Below, piece after piece: positions 50,583 to 59,590 of a DNA stretch of 64,000 bases. A model generated the notes under the pieces. The model was not told the DNA's origin, did no database searches, and saw nothing but the letters and a program-made list of their open reading frames with translations. Numbering within the stretch: position 1 is the stretch's first letter; each line of letters starts with the position of its first letter. Source of the stretch: Clostridia bacterium (GTDB taxonomy: Bacteria > Bacillota > Clostridia > Oscillospirales > CAG-272); contig JAFQPR010000103.1 in assembly GCA_017411605.1 (NCBI GenBank), positions 8,732-72,731 of the forward strand. The letters run 5' to 3'. Position numbers and translations under genes: made by a program.

Positions 50583-51041
50583 TTAACACGCAAATATTCT
50601 TATTACATAATATAAAATGTTTTTGCTCTTTTCAAAGGTTAAGTCTTCTATAAACTCAGAAACGCATTTTTTATTAGAATCATCTACGGTTATATAATAC
50701 TTTTTTGAATTGTATTTAAACGATATAAAATGCAAATCCTCGTCTACGCAATCATATACAAGCTTAAGATCTTTTATATTTTCTTTCTTGACCGCATCAA
50801 TCGACTTGCCTTTTCTTACTATAAGCAATTCATCTTCCGAAAAGCTATACTCATTGTAACCGATAAAAGCTTCTTTTACAAAAAAATATACAAAACAGAC
50901 CGTTCCAATGATCCCTATAAACATCGGAGGCAAAAAAACGTAATCTTTATCAAAAATTACATAGTATCCGAACACTGCTCCAATTGCCGCAAAGGTTATT
51001 GTTAAACCGATTAAGCCCAATAGCTTGAATGACTTTTTCAT
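50583..51041 (-). CDS. Hypothetical membrane protein (2 TMs + soluble beta-rich domain)
   Basis: Start ATG 51041 after AGGAG; own promoter TTGACT-N17-TATACT (51119-51091). Confidence 0.7.
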   Translation of the reverse strand: MKKSFKLLGLIGLTITFAAIGAVFGYYVIFDKDYVFLPPMFIGIIGTVCFVYFFVKEAFIGYNEYSFSEDELLIVRKGKSIDAVKKENIKDLKLVYDCVDEDLHFISFKYNSKKYYITVDDSNKKCVSEFIEDLTFEKSKNILYYVIRIFAC

Positions 51042-51120
51042 AAAAACTCCTATATTGATCAGTGCAAACAAACTTTCTATTATTATTTTAAGTATAGCAC
51101 TTAATATATTAAAAGTCAAT

Positions 51121-51155
51121 AAAAACTCCGTGCCTATATAAAACACGGAGCTTTT
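51121..51155 (-). terminator. Terminator after rpe
   Basis: CTCCGTG...CACGGAG stem with flanking T runs. Confidence 0.65.
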
Positions 51156-51190
51156 ATGTTATAAGTATCGTTTTTGTAAAATATTTAAAA

Positions 51191-51835
51191 TTATCCTCTC
51201 AGGAGGTCTATCGCAAGCTTTCTATCCTCTGCTTTGAATACCGAGCTTCCTGCAACAAGAACGTTCGCGCCCGCGGATATTGCATCCTTTGCATTTGCGG
51301 GAGTTATGCCGCCGTCAACTTGGATATCGAGTTCAAGTCCTCTTCTTGCAGCCTCGTCTCTTATTTCCCGTACTTTGGTAAGAGTTTCCGGTATAAGTGC
51401 CTGGCCGCCGTAACCGGGTTCAACCGTCATAACCAATACCATATCGCATTTTTCCAAATAAGGGAAAACGGCTTCTGCAGGTGTATTAGGCTTAATGGAT
51501 ATAGAAGATTTTGCTCCAAACGCTCTTATATTATCTAAAAGTTCTCCGGGATTTTTCTCTGCTTCAATATGGAAAGTAAGGATATCTGCCCCCGCTTCTA
51601 TAAACCTTTTAGCATATCGCGAAGGAGACTCTATCATAAGATGAACGTCAAAGACCATATCGCTCTTTTTACGCAATGCTTCAATTACCGGGAGTCCAAA
51701 TGAAATATTCGTAACAAACATTCCATCCATAACGTCAAGGTGAACCATATCGGCTCCGCATTTTTGGATATCCGAAACCTCTTCTCCCAGTTTCGTAAAA
51801 TCACAAGCCAAAACAGAAGGTGATATTTTTATCAT
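51191..51835 (-). CDS. rpe: Ribulose-phosphate 3-epimerase
   Basis: ISPSVL, HLDVMDG, DVHLM, MTVEPG and VDGG motifs; start ATG 51835. Confidence 0.96.
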   Translation of the reverse strand: MIKISPSVLACDFTKLGEEVSDIQKCGADMVHLDVMDGMFVTNISFGLPVIEALRKKSDMVFDVHLMIESPSRYAKRFIEAGADILTFHIEAEKNPGELLDNIRAFGAKSSISIKPNTPAEAVFPYLEKCDMVLVMTVEPGYGGQALIPETLTKVREIRDEAARRGLELDIQVDGGITPANAKDAISAGANVLVAGSSVFKAEDRKLAIDLLRG

Positions 51836-51909
51836 ATTATTTCTCTCAATCTTATTTATAGTTATATTTATAATTAGTATCTTATTATTTATAATTACAT
51901 AAAATATTA

Positions 51910-52040
51910 ATGGCAAGGTTCGGTATATACGTTATCGCAGACATCAAAGTTAAGGAAGTGCGAGAGGTAAACGATAGCGTCAATGTACCTGATAATAAAT
52001 AGAATTGCGGGCGGAGCTCTAATCTGCCCGTTTACTATTT
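51910..52040 (+). ncRNA. Candidate structured small RNA (or 30-aa sORF transcript) with its own terminator
   Basis: 16-bp stem with G-U pairs that work only on the + strand, a 34-nt purine-rich loop, then a GC-rich hairpin + T-rich tail. Confidence 0.4.
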
Positions 52041-52520
52041 ATCTATCTGCAGCATTGCAACCGCGTGCGCGCTGATTCCTTCTTCCCTTCCCGTAAAACC
52101 CAGATGCTCTTCTGTTGTTGCTTTAACGTTGATTCTGGCTTTATCACAAGATAATGCAAACGAAATATTTTCACGCATTTTTTCGATATGCGGAGCAAGC
52201 TTCGGCTTCTGCGCTATTACGGTCGCATCAATATTAACGATTTTTCCACCCGAGTCCATAAGCATTTTATTTACGCAAGTCAATAAATGCATACTGCTGA
52301 TTCCCTTATATTTATTATCACTATCGGGAAAATGCTTTCCAATATCGCCGAGTCCCAACGCGCCTATAACCGCATCCATCACGGCATGAAGAAGCACATC
52401 TGCGTCCGAGTGACCGAGAAGCCCTAGCGTATGAGGAATCTCAACACCGCCGAGAATCAGTTTTCTTTCGGGCACCAGCTTATGAACATCGTATCCGTGT
52501 CCGATTCTGAATTCCGTCAT
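52035..52520 (-). CDS. ispF: 2-C-methyl-D-erythritol 2,4-cyclodiphosphate synthase
   Basis: GHGYDVH, GHSDADV and KATTEE motifs. Confidence 0.96.
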   Translation of the reverse strand: MTEFRIGHGYDVHKLVPERKLILGGVEIPHTLGLLGHSDADVLLHAVMDAVIGALGLGDIGKHFPDSDNKYKGISSMHLLTCVNKMLMDSGGKIVNIDATVIAQKPKLAPHIEKMRENISFALSCDKARINVKATTEEHLGFTGREEGISAHAVAMLQIDK

Positions 52521-52521
52521 A

Positions 52522-53223
52522 TCATATCTCTCCTTTTCTTTTTAATAGGATGAATTCTGCAAATTCAAGATCATAGCTTGTTGTAATTTTAATATTAGAA
52601 GGGAGTGTTTCGACACAATACGGAGAAATTCCCATATTCTCAAGCAACATATTGTCATCAGTAATTGTTTCGTCAATTATGGGCGCGCAAGCCAATGCGC
52701 GGCTATAGAGATCACGCTCAAAAGCCTGCGGTGTCTGAACAGCTCGAAGATCCTTTCTTGGAACTGTTTCTGCGATCCTTTTACCGTTACATCGCTTCAA
52801 AGTATCGCTTACAGCAACCGATGCCGTCGCAGCCTTATACTCATAAACCGCTTCTGCAACAAGGTCAATTTCATACGGTGTTATAAGGCAACGTGCTGCA
52901 TCGTGTATCATTATATACTCAATATCATCGGATATCTGATAAAAACCGATGGAAGCAGATTCCGCTCGGCATTTTCCGCCTGTTACAATCTTGGAGCATT
53001 TACCAATACTTTGTAACTCATTGTTTACAAAATTCTGCTCTCCATCACGGCAAACAACTACTATTTCCGAAATACTTTTTGCCGCTTCAAACGCCAAAAG
53101 AGTATGTTTCAATATACTTTTTCCATCGATTTCCAGCATTTGCTTTGTCTTATCGGCACTCATTCGGCTTCCCGAACCCGCTGCAAGAACAATTGCGGCG
53201 GTTTTTTTATATTTTTTTTCCAT
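52522..53223 (-). CDS. ispD: 2-C-methyl-D-erythritol 4-phosphate cytidylyltransferase
   Basis: [21 protein letters not shown] and NIKITT motifs. Confidence 0.94.
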   Translation of the reverse strand: MEKKYKKTAAIVLAAGSGSRMSADKTKQMLEIDGKSILKHTLLAFEAAKSISEIVVVCRDGEQNFVNNELQSIGKCSKIVTGGKCRAESASIGFYQISDDIEYIMIHDAARCLITPYEIDLVAEAVYEYKAATASVAVSDTLKRCNGKRIAETVPRKDLRAVQTPQAFERDLYSRALACAPIIDETITDDNMLLENMGISPYCVETLPSNIKITTSYDLEFAEFILLKRKGEI

Positions 53224-53226
53224 TTT

Positions 53227-53565
53227 TCACTTCCTGTAATAAACGAAATGAACGGTAATAGTACGTTCTTTTCCGTCTTCAAGCTTGTTTTTGCCCTTAA
53301 TTATAACACCGTCACCACTCATCAAGTAATTTGCTTCAAGATCAGAAACATCAGTAACAAAAAGTCTGTCTCCGGAGGAATCAACAATAAATTCATCCCC
53401 CTTCAAGCACATGGCTCCACCTCTGCCTACTACGTCCTCGTTTCCGTTTCTGTGCTCGGTGACATATTTAACCGGCTGACCGTGAAGCTCACGCGCTCTT
53501 TCAAGCTTGAACGCATAGCTATCCGTAGATTTATTCTTACCAAATATTTTCTTCAAAAAAGACAT
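53227..53565 (-). CDS. Hypothetical 112-aa protein, first gene of the ispDF operon
   Basis: GGAGG RBS, 3-nt gap to ispD, no recognised family. Confidence 0.75.
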   Translation of the reverse strand: MSFLKKIFGKNKSTDSYAFKLERARELHGQPVKYVTEHRNGNEDVVGRGGAMCLKGDEFIVDSSGDRLFVTDVSDLEANYLMSGDGVIIKGKNKLEDGKERTITVHFVYYRK

Positions 53566-53689
53566 ATTGCCTCCACAAACAAATCTCTTTTAGATATTTT
53601 AGCATAAAACGCAAAAAAATGGAAGACTTTTGTTTAAAAATAATTTTTTTGCTGATTTTTAATTATATTTTCCACAAAAACTTCGCTTT

Positions 53690-53850
53690 CCCCACTTTCC
53701 CCCACCACCTCGAAAAAAACTTTAAATTTTTTTCATTTTTTTGTAAAAAAAGTATTGACATTTCCCTTTATATGTATTATAATATTTACAAAGTGGGGCA
53801 TTGTGGAGCAAGATGTAGCAATTTCCCCACAAAATACTTCAAAAGTGGAG
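53690..53850 (+). promoter_or_regulatory. mraZ/dcw promoter with MraZ-binding GTGG(A/G)G repeats
   Basis: Perfect TTGACA-N17-TATAAT (53755-53783). GTGGGG-N4-GTGGAG at 53793-53808, GTGGAG at 53845, and inverted CCCCAC at 53690, 53700 and 53825. Confidence 0.8.
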
Positions 53851-53896
53851 TAGCAAGTTCAAAAGTGTAAAAAAATCTGAGAAAGGAGAGGTTATC

Positions 53897-54319
53897 GTGT
53901 CATTCGTAGGTTCATTTCCCCATTCACTTGATGCAAAAAAGCGTGTTTTCATACCTTCAAAGTACCGCGAAGAGCTGGGAAATGAGTTTTACATAACGAA
54001 AAAGTTTGACCCTTACCTTTCTGTTTACACTGCGCAGGACTGGGAGGAATATTCCGCAAGGATATCCGCGCTACCCGAAGCAGAGGCATATCACTTACAG
54101 GAATACATTCTTGGATCTGCTCAAAAATGCACCCCCGACAGCAGCGGACGAGTCATAATAGATGAAAAGCTGTTGAAGCATGCATCAATCAATAAAAACG
54201 TCGTTTTTGTCGGTGCGGGAAAACAGATTAAAATCTGGGCTGAAGAACTCTGGACAGAACGTGAAAACACTCGTGATCTTGAAAACATCAAGAATCTTAT
54301 GATTAAGTACGGCTTATAA
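53897..54319 (+). CDS. mraZ: Division/cell wall cluster repressor MraZ
   Basis: LDAKKRVFIP and DSSGRV motifs; upstream of rsmH. Confidence 0.93.
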   Translation: MSFVGSFPHSLDAKKRVFIPSKYREELGNEFYITKKFDPYLSVYTAQDWEEYSARISALPEAEAYHLQEYILGSAQKCTPDSSGRVIIDEKLLKHASINKNVVFVGAGKQIKIWAEELWTERENTRDLENIKNLMIKYGL

Positions 54320-54345
54320 TTTTCATCAAGAAAGGAAGCTTCGAT

Positions 54346-55290
54346 ATGTCATCTATCCCCTTTTCTCATGTATCGGTGCTTCTCTCTGAATGCATCGAAG
54401 CGCTTGATATTCGTGACGGTTACACCTATGTGGACTGCACTACCGGCGGTGGAGGCCACTCGCTTGAAATAGCTAAAAGACTCGGTCCGAATTCAAGACT
54501 GATATGCTTCGACAGAGATGAGAATGCAATTACGGCAGCTAAAGAGCGACTTAAAGATCATCTTGATAAGATAACGTTTATAAATAGTAATTTCTCCGAA
54601 CTCGACAAGGTTATTGAAGAGTACGGTATCACCAATTTAGGCGGCGTTCTCGCCGATCTCGGCTGCAGCTCGTTTCAGTTCGACTGCCCCGAGCGCGGAT
54701 TCAGCTATATGCACAACGCAAGGCTTGATATGAGAATGCAGATAGATGCTCCCCTTTCGGCTTACAACGTTGTAAACGAATATTCTGAATCGGCACTCAG
54801 AAAAATCATTTACGACTACGGCGAAGAAAGATTTGCACCGCGAATTGCATCGGCAATATGCAAGGCGCGCGCGGACAAGCCTATTGAAACAACATTCGAA
54901 CTTACCGACGTTATAAAGAGCGCCATTCCCGCTGCAGCAAGAGCGGACGGCCCTCACCCTTCAAAGAGAACATTCCAGGCAATCAGAATAGAAGTTAATT
55001 CCGAACTTGATACGATACGCCCGATGATACAAAGCGCTGCAAAGCATATGGTGTCAAGCGGCAAAATTGTAATTATTTCTTTCCATTCGCTCGAGGACAG
55101 ACTGGTTAAGCTTTCGTACAAAGAGCTTGCATCGGGATGCACATGCCCGAGAGATTTCCCTATATGCGTATGCGGAAAGAAACCGATTTTAAAAGAAACA
55201 AACAAAAAACCAATTCTTCCCACGGAAGAAGAACTAATAAACAATCCACGCTCAAGAAGCGCGAAGCTTCGTGTAGCTGAAAAGATATAA
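54346..55290 (+). CDS. rsmH: 16S rRNA m4C1402 methyltransferase
   Basis: DCTTGGGGHS, LDMRM, SFHSLEDR and NPRSRSAKLR motifs. Confidence 0.97.
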   Translation: MSSIPFSHVSVLLSECIEALDIRDGYTYVDCTTGGGGHSLEIAKRLGPNSRLICFDRDENAITAAKERLKDHLDKITFINSNFSELDKVIEEYGITNLGGVLADLGCSSFQFDCPERGFSYMHNARLDMRMQIDAPLSAYNVVNEYSESALRKIIYDYGEERFAPRIASAICKARADKPIETTFELTDVIKSAIPAAARADGPHPSKRTFQAIRIEVNSELDTIRPMIQSAAKHMVSSGKIVIISFHSLEDRLVKLSYKELASGCTCPRDFPICVCGKKPILKETNKKPILPTEEELINNPRSRSAKLRVAEKI

Positions 55291-55315
55291 ACAGGAATAA
55301 AAGGAGAAAACGTGT

Positions 55316-55780
55316 ATGAACTCGACAATGACATATGAAATGCTTTACAACAACATGGTAAAGAAATTTACTGTTGAAAAAGATAATACAGATTACAACC
55401 TCGGCGACTTTATGCTTATGAAAGCTAAAGCAAAAAAGAATGAAATGGTTGCCGCCGCAAATTCAAATCTCCCCGTATCGCGTGACACCAAAGCAAATGC
55501 TATAACGACCGTTTTCTCGTACGTAAATGATAAGCTTACCGTAAAAGAGGCGCCCGTACGCAATAAAACAATCCGTTCCTTCCCCTTCCGTACCTCCTTC
55601 ACAGCATTTTGCTCTGCGCTCGTAGTTTGCGCACTTGTTGTTTCCTGCTGCTTCTTCGGACTTTCAAAATCCGGTACAGGAAACGATAATATCGTTACCG
55701 TTACGGAAAGCGAACAGGAGTCTACAGAAAAAGACACTCAGGAAACCGCAATGTATACTGCTGATTTCAAAAACAATTAA
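55316..55780 (+). CDS. Single-pass membrane protein in the ftsL position (not recognisably FtsL)
   Basis: AAGGAG RBS; one Cys-rich TM at about aa 95-116; short acidic C-tail. Confidence 0.75.
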   Translation: MNSTMTYEMLYNNMVKKFTVEKDNTDYNLGDFMLMKAKAKKNEMVAAANSNLPVSRDTKANAITTVFSYVNDKLTVKEAPVRNKTIRSFPFRTSFTAFCSALVVCALVVSCCFFGLSKSGTGNDNIVTVTESEQESTEKDTQETAMYTADFKNN

Positions 55781-55790
55781 GGACAAATTC

Positions 55791-55862
55791 TCATAAAAAA
55801 AACAAACCCGTAATATTATGTATTGAGGCTTTTGCCGATACATCGTATTACGGGGTTTTTTT
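55791..55862 (+). promoter_or_regulatory. Long terminator/anti-RBS hairpin overlapped by a sigmaE-like promoter of spoVD
   Basis: About 20-bp stem 55807-55854 + T7 + ATG; TCATA-N16-AATATTAT. Confidence 0.65.
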
Positions 55863-58121
55863 ATGCAAATTTCCACTCAAGGTAAAATAGGACCTTACGC
55901 AAAAACGAGAAAGAGAATAACTGTAACAGCTATTTCCTTTTGCGTTTTTCTTACATTTTTGTTTTACAACTTGTTTTCTCTTCAGTTTCTCGGCTATGAT
56001 TATTACAAAAATAAGGTTTACGACCAGATAACAACAAGCTCAGCTCTCAAAGCTAAGCGCGGAAACATATACGATTCAAATATGAATCTGCTTGCGACCG
56101 AAAAGACCGTCTGGCGAATTTTTGTTTCTTCCCGCGAAATAAAAAAGCAGGAAAAATATCAAAAAAAAGAATACTCGAAAATTATAAGCTCAGGACTTTC
56201 ATCAATTCTTTCTATTGAGTACGAGACTGTTTTAGAAAAGATCAGCAACTCTAACGTACTCGATATTACGCTTAAGAAAAACGCAACTGAAGAAGAGTAT
56301 AAAAAGGTTATTGAGTTCATAAACGACGAAGCGCTTAGTGAAATGGTTTTTACGGAAGCCCAGACGTCAAGATATTATCCCGAAAATACACTTGCAGCAC
56401 ACGTTCTCGGATTCGTTGGAAGCGATCTGCAAGGATTATACGGACTTGAATACTCATATGATGACGTTTTATCAGGGACGGACGGCTATTACCTTTACGG
56501 AAAGGACGCGAACGGAAATTCTCTGCCCTCCGAATATTCGACCTACATTCCGCCAACCGACGGATACAGTCTCGTCACAACCATCGATTCATATTTACAA
56601 CAAGAGCTCGAAAACCAGCTTGAAACGGTAAGAATAAATCATTCTGTGGAAAACAGAGTCACCGGTATAGTAATGGACACAAGCAGCGGAGCTATTCTTG
56701 CTATGGCAACAACGACACCTTTTAATCCTAATTCTCCTTACGAGCTCGATACATTATCATACGCAAAACTCGCAGAATCGGGTTTTCCCGAAGGTTCAGA
56801 TGAGTATAAATTATTAAAAAAAGAGCTTCTTGAAGAAATGTGGTCAAACAAAGCGGTAAGTGAAACGTATGAACCCGGATCAACATTTAAAATTGTCACC
56901 GTTTCCGCCGCGCTTGATGCGGGAACCTCAAAAGTTACAGACAGATTTTCATGCCACGGCTATCTGAGTGTCGGCGGCTGGAATATCAGGTGCCATAAGG
57001 CAGGGGGGCACGGATCGGGCTTTGACCTTGCCTACGGTCTGCAGATGTCCTGCAACCCTACAATGATGACGGTAGCGGAAAGACTTGGGGCTAAAAAATT
57101 TTATGAATACGTTGAACGATTCGGATATTTCGAAAAGACAGGGATAGACCTTCCAAGCGAAGCCGGAACAATATTCCATAAGCCCGAAAACATAGGAACT
57201 ACCGAACTCGCAACAGCGTCATTCGGTCAACGCTTCAAGGTATCAATTATTCGTCAGCTGACTTCAATTGCCGCTGTAGCTAACGGCGGTCAGCTTGTAA
57301 CTCCGTACATCGTTGAAAAAGTCGTTGATTCTGAAGGAAAAGTTATTCGTGAGCACGAAGCCAAAGAAAAAGAGCGCGTGATATCGGCAGATGTTGCACG
57401 CACTGTTTCTGACATTCTTGAAAAGGGCGTCAGCGGAGACGGTGGCGCTAAGAATGCAGGTGTTGACGGTTATAAAATAGCCGCAAAAACAGGTACTTCA
57501 CAAAAATTCGATATCCTTGACGAAAACGGAAACTCTTATCTTCGAATAGGGTCTACCGTTGCTTATTCAATATCCGATGACGGAGGTATAGCAATGATAA
57601 TCGTCGTTGACGAACCCACCTCTGCGGTCAAATACGGAAGTGTTGTAGCCGCACCGTACGTATCGGCTTTTTTAACTAAAGCTCTTCCCTATCTGAATTA
57701 CAAATCCGATGCGGAGATCAAGCATATTACAATTGATAATTATGTTGGAAAAGATATAAACGAAGCTGCAAAGCGCCTCAAGGAATTTGGGATATCATAT
57801 GAAGTTATAGGTAACGGGAAAACCGTTCTAAAGCAGACTCCGACAGAAAACGACAGTATTATATATTCAAATTCGAAGGTCATCCTTTATACCGAAAAGG
57901 ATACGGACTTATATGCGGTAGTACCAAAGGTGCTCGGTTTGGATATATCGGAAGCTAATAAGCTTATCACCAATTCGGGATTAAATATTAAAATTAAGAA
58001 CTTATCCTCGTCTGCTGCGGGCGGAGCCGTTGTAAGCACTCAATCTTTGGCGTACGGAACTGTAGTTCCAAAAAACACAGTGCTGGAGCTTGAAATACTA
58101 TATCTTGATTTTGAGGACTGA
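55863..58121 (+). CDS. spoVD: Class B PBP with 2 PASTA domains, SpoVD-like
   Basis: RGNIYD, YEPGSTFK, IRCH..SCN (Cys pair typical of SpoVD) and KTGT motifs. Confidence 0.8.
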   Translation: MQISTQGKIGPYAKTRKRITVTAISFCVFLTFLFYNLFSLQFLGYDYYKNKVYDQITTSSALKAKRGNIYDSNMNLLATEKTVWRIFVSSREIKKQEKYQKKEYSKIISSGLSSILSIEYETVLEKISNSNVLDITLKKNATEEEYKKVIEFINDEALSEMVFTEAQTSRYYPENTLAAHVLGFVGSDLQGLYGLEYSYDDVLSGTDGYYLYGKDANGNSLPSEYSTYIPPTDGYSLVTTIDSYLQQELENQLETVRINHSVENRVTGIVMDTSSGAILAMATTTPFNPNSPYELDTLSYAKLAESGFPEGSDEYKLLKKELLEEMWSNKAVSETYEPGSTFKIVTVSAALDAGTSKVTDRFSCHGYLSVGGWNIRCHKAGGHGSGFDLAYGLQMSCNPTMMTVAERLGAKKFYEYVERFGYFEKTGIDLPSEAGTIFHKPENIGTTELATASFGQRFKVSIIRQLTSIAAVANGGQLVTPYIVEKVVDSEGKVIREHEAKEKERVISADVARTVSDILEKGVSGDGGAKNAGVDGYKIAAKTGTSQKFDILDENGNSYLRIGSTVAYSISDDGGIAMIIVVDEPTSAVKYGSVVAAPYVSAFLTKALPYLNYKSDAEIKHITIDNYVGKDINEAAKRLKEFGISYEVIGNGKTVLKQTPTENDSIIYSNSKVILYTEKDTDLYAVVPKVLGLDISEANKLITNSGLNIKIKNLSSSAAGGAVVSTQSLAYGTVVPKNTVLELEILYLDFED

Positions 58122-58122
58122 T

Positions 58123-59589
58123 ATGAATATTAAGCAATTGATTCCCGAAAAAGAATTTACGGGAAACCAAAACATTCCCGACATTGAAATTTATAATTGC
58201 ACGTCAAACTATAAAAAAAGAGGAAAGAACACTCTGCTTTTCTTGCTACCCGGTGTAAACTTTGATACATATGAATTAATTCCCTTTTATCTTAAAAGCG
58301 ATGCAGCGGCAATAATAACCGAAAGCAAAGATAAATTCCCTAAAACAAAAATCCCGATAATCGAAGTAAAATCGGCAAGGCGAGCTTATGCATTTGCAAT
58401 GTCCAAAATATCCGAAATTAATTATGAAAAACTGACTTTCATCGGCGTTACGGGAACTAACGGAAAAACCACGACAGCAACGATGATCCGCAAAATACTT
58501 GAGTATAACGGAAAAAGAGTTGGATTTATCGGAACGGGTAAAATTGAATTTGAAGATAAAAAATATATGGATGCTTATTATTCCATGACTTCTCCCGACC
58601 CCGATATTCTCTATCCAATCATAAAGGATATGCAGAGCCATGGCTGCGAAATAATCGTTATGGAAGCTTCGAGTCATGCGCTTACACTCGAAAAGCTTGC
58701 TCCGATAAACTATAAAATCGGAATATTTACAGGACTATCACACGAGCATCTTGAGTTTCACGGAAGTATGGAAAAATACTACCTTGCTAAAGAAAAACTG
58801 ATAAAGAATTGCGAGTTGGCAATAATAAACTTTGACGATCCGTGGGGCAAGCATCTTTATGAAAAATACGAATCTAAAGCAACCGGTATCGGAGTTGTCT
58901 GGAGAAGCGACGTAAGCGCTACCGAGGTTGAAAACTACGGACTTTGCGGAATAGGCTACATTTATAAAGGGAAAAACTTTATTACACGAATAAAACTTCC
59001 TATCCCGGGATTATACAATATCTATAATTCAATGCTTGCATTCGATGCTGCATATAAGCTGAATATTACGCCTAAGGATATTAAGCTTGCTTTCGAAAGC
59101 ATTGACCATATAGACGGCAGGTGCGAATGTATTTTTGATGAAATAACCGTCATAATAGATTATGCGCACACGCCTCTGGCGCTTGAAAGTGTACTGAAGA
59201 CAATTATCGCGGATAAGGATTATTTACAAAAATTAATTCTTGTTTTTGGGTGCGGCGGTGAAAGAGATCCGTCAAAGCGCCCAATTATGGCAAAGATAGC
59301 GGAAAAATACGCGGATAAAATTATAATTACCAATGATAATCCAAGAAGAGAAGACGAGGGCGCGATAATCGACGCTATTGTATCGGGATTCACTCAAAAA
59401 AAATATGCCGTGATCAGGGATCGTGCGGAAGCTATAACCTATGCGGTTAAAAGCGCTTCCATCGGCGACATCGTGCTAATCGCGGGAAAGGGTCACGAGA
59501 AGTATATTATCGACAAGGACGGATATCATCATTTTGATGAAAAAGAAATAATAACCGACGCCTTAAAGCTTCGTAAATGCGAGGAATAG
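58123..59589 (+). CDS. murE: UDP-MurNAc-dipeptide--meso-DAP ligase
   Basis: GVTGTNGKTT, MEASSH, DYAHTP, DNPR (DAP specificity) and AGKGHE motifs; start ATG 58123. Confidence 0.93.
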   Translation: MNIKQLIPEKEFTGNQNIPDIEIYNCTSNYKKRGKNTLLFLLPGVNFDTYELIPFYLKSDAAAIITESKDKFPKTKIPIIEVKSARRAYAFAMSKISEINYEKLTFIGVTGTNGKTTTATMIRKILEYNGKRVGFIGTGKIEFEDKKYMDAYYSMTSPDPDILYPIIKDMQSHGCEIIVMEASSHALTLEKLAPINYKIGIFTGLSHEHLEFHGSMEKYYLAKEKLIKNCELAIINFDDPWGKHLYEKYESKATGIGVVWRSDVSATEVENYGLCGIGYIYKGKNFITRIKLPIPGLYNIYNSMLAFDAAYKLNITPKDIKLAFESIDHIDGRCECIFDEITVIIDYAHTPLALESVLKTIIADKDYLQKLILVFGCGGERDPSKRPIMAKIAEKYADKIIITNDNPRREDEGAIIDAIVSGFTQKKYAVIRDRAEAITYAVKSASIGDIVLIAGKGHEKYIIDKDGYHHFDEKEIITDALKLRKCEE

Positions 59590-59590
59590 T

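Noticed and set aside
42650-51150. Two terminators sharing AAAACTCCGTG...CACGGAG arms
   Set aside because: Too short and too few to call a repeat family; the loops differ.
53619-53870. 83-aa ORF upstream of mraZ
   Set aside because: Runs through the promoter and operator DNA; F/K-rich AT-tract artefact.
23500-59130. Possible Arg codon reassignment (AGG/CGG)
   Set aside because: Spot checks show AGG at conserved Arg positions (MurE GR, ABC QR); no evidence, though only a few sites were inspected.
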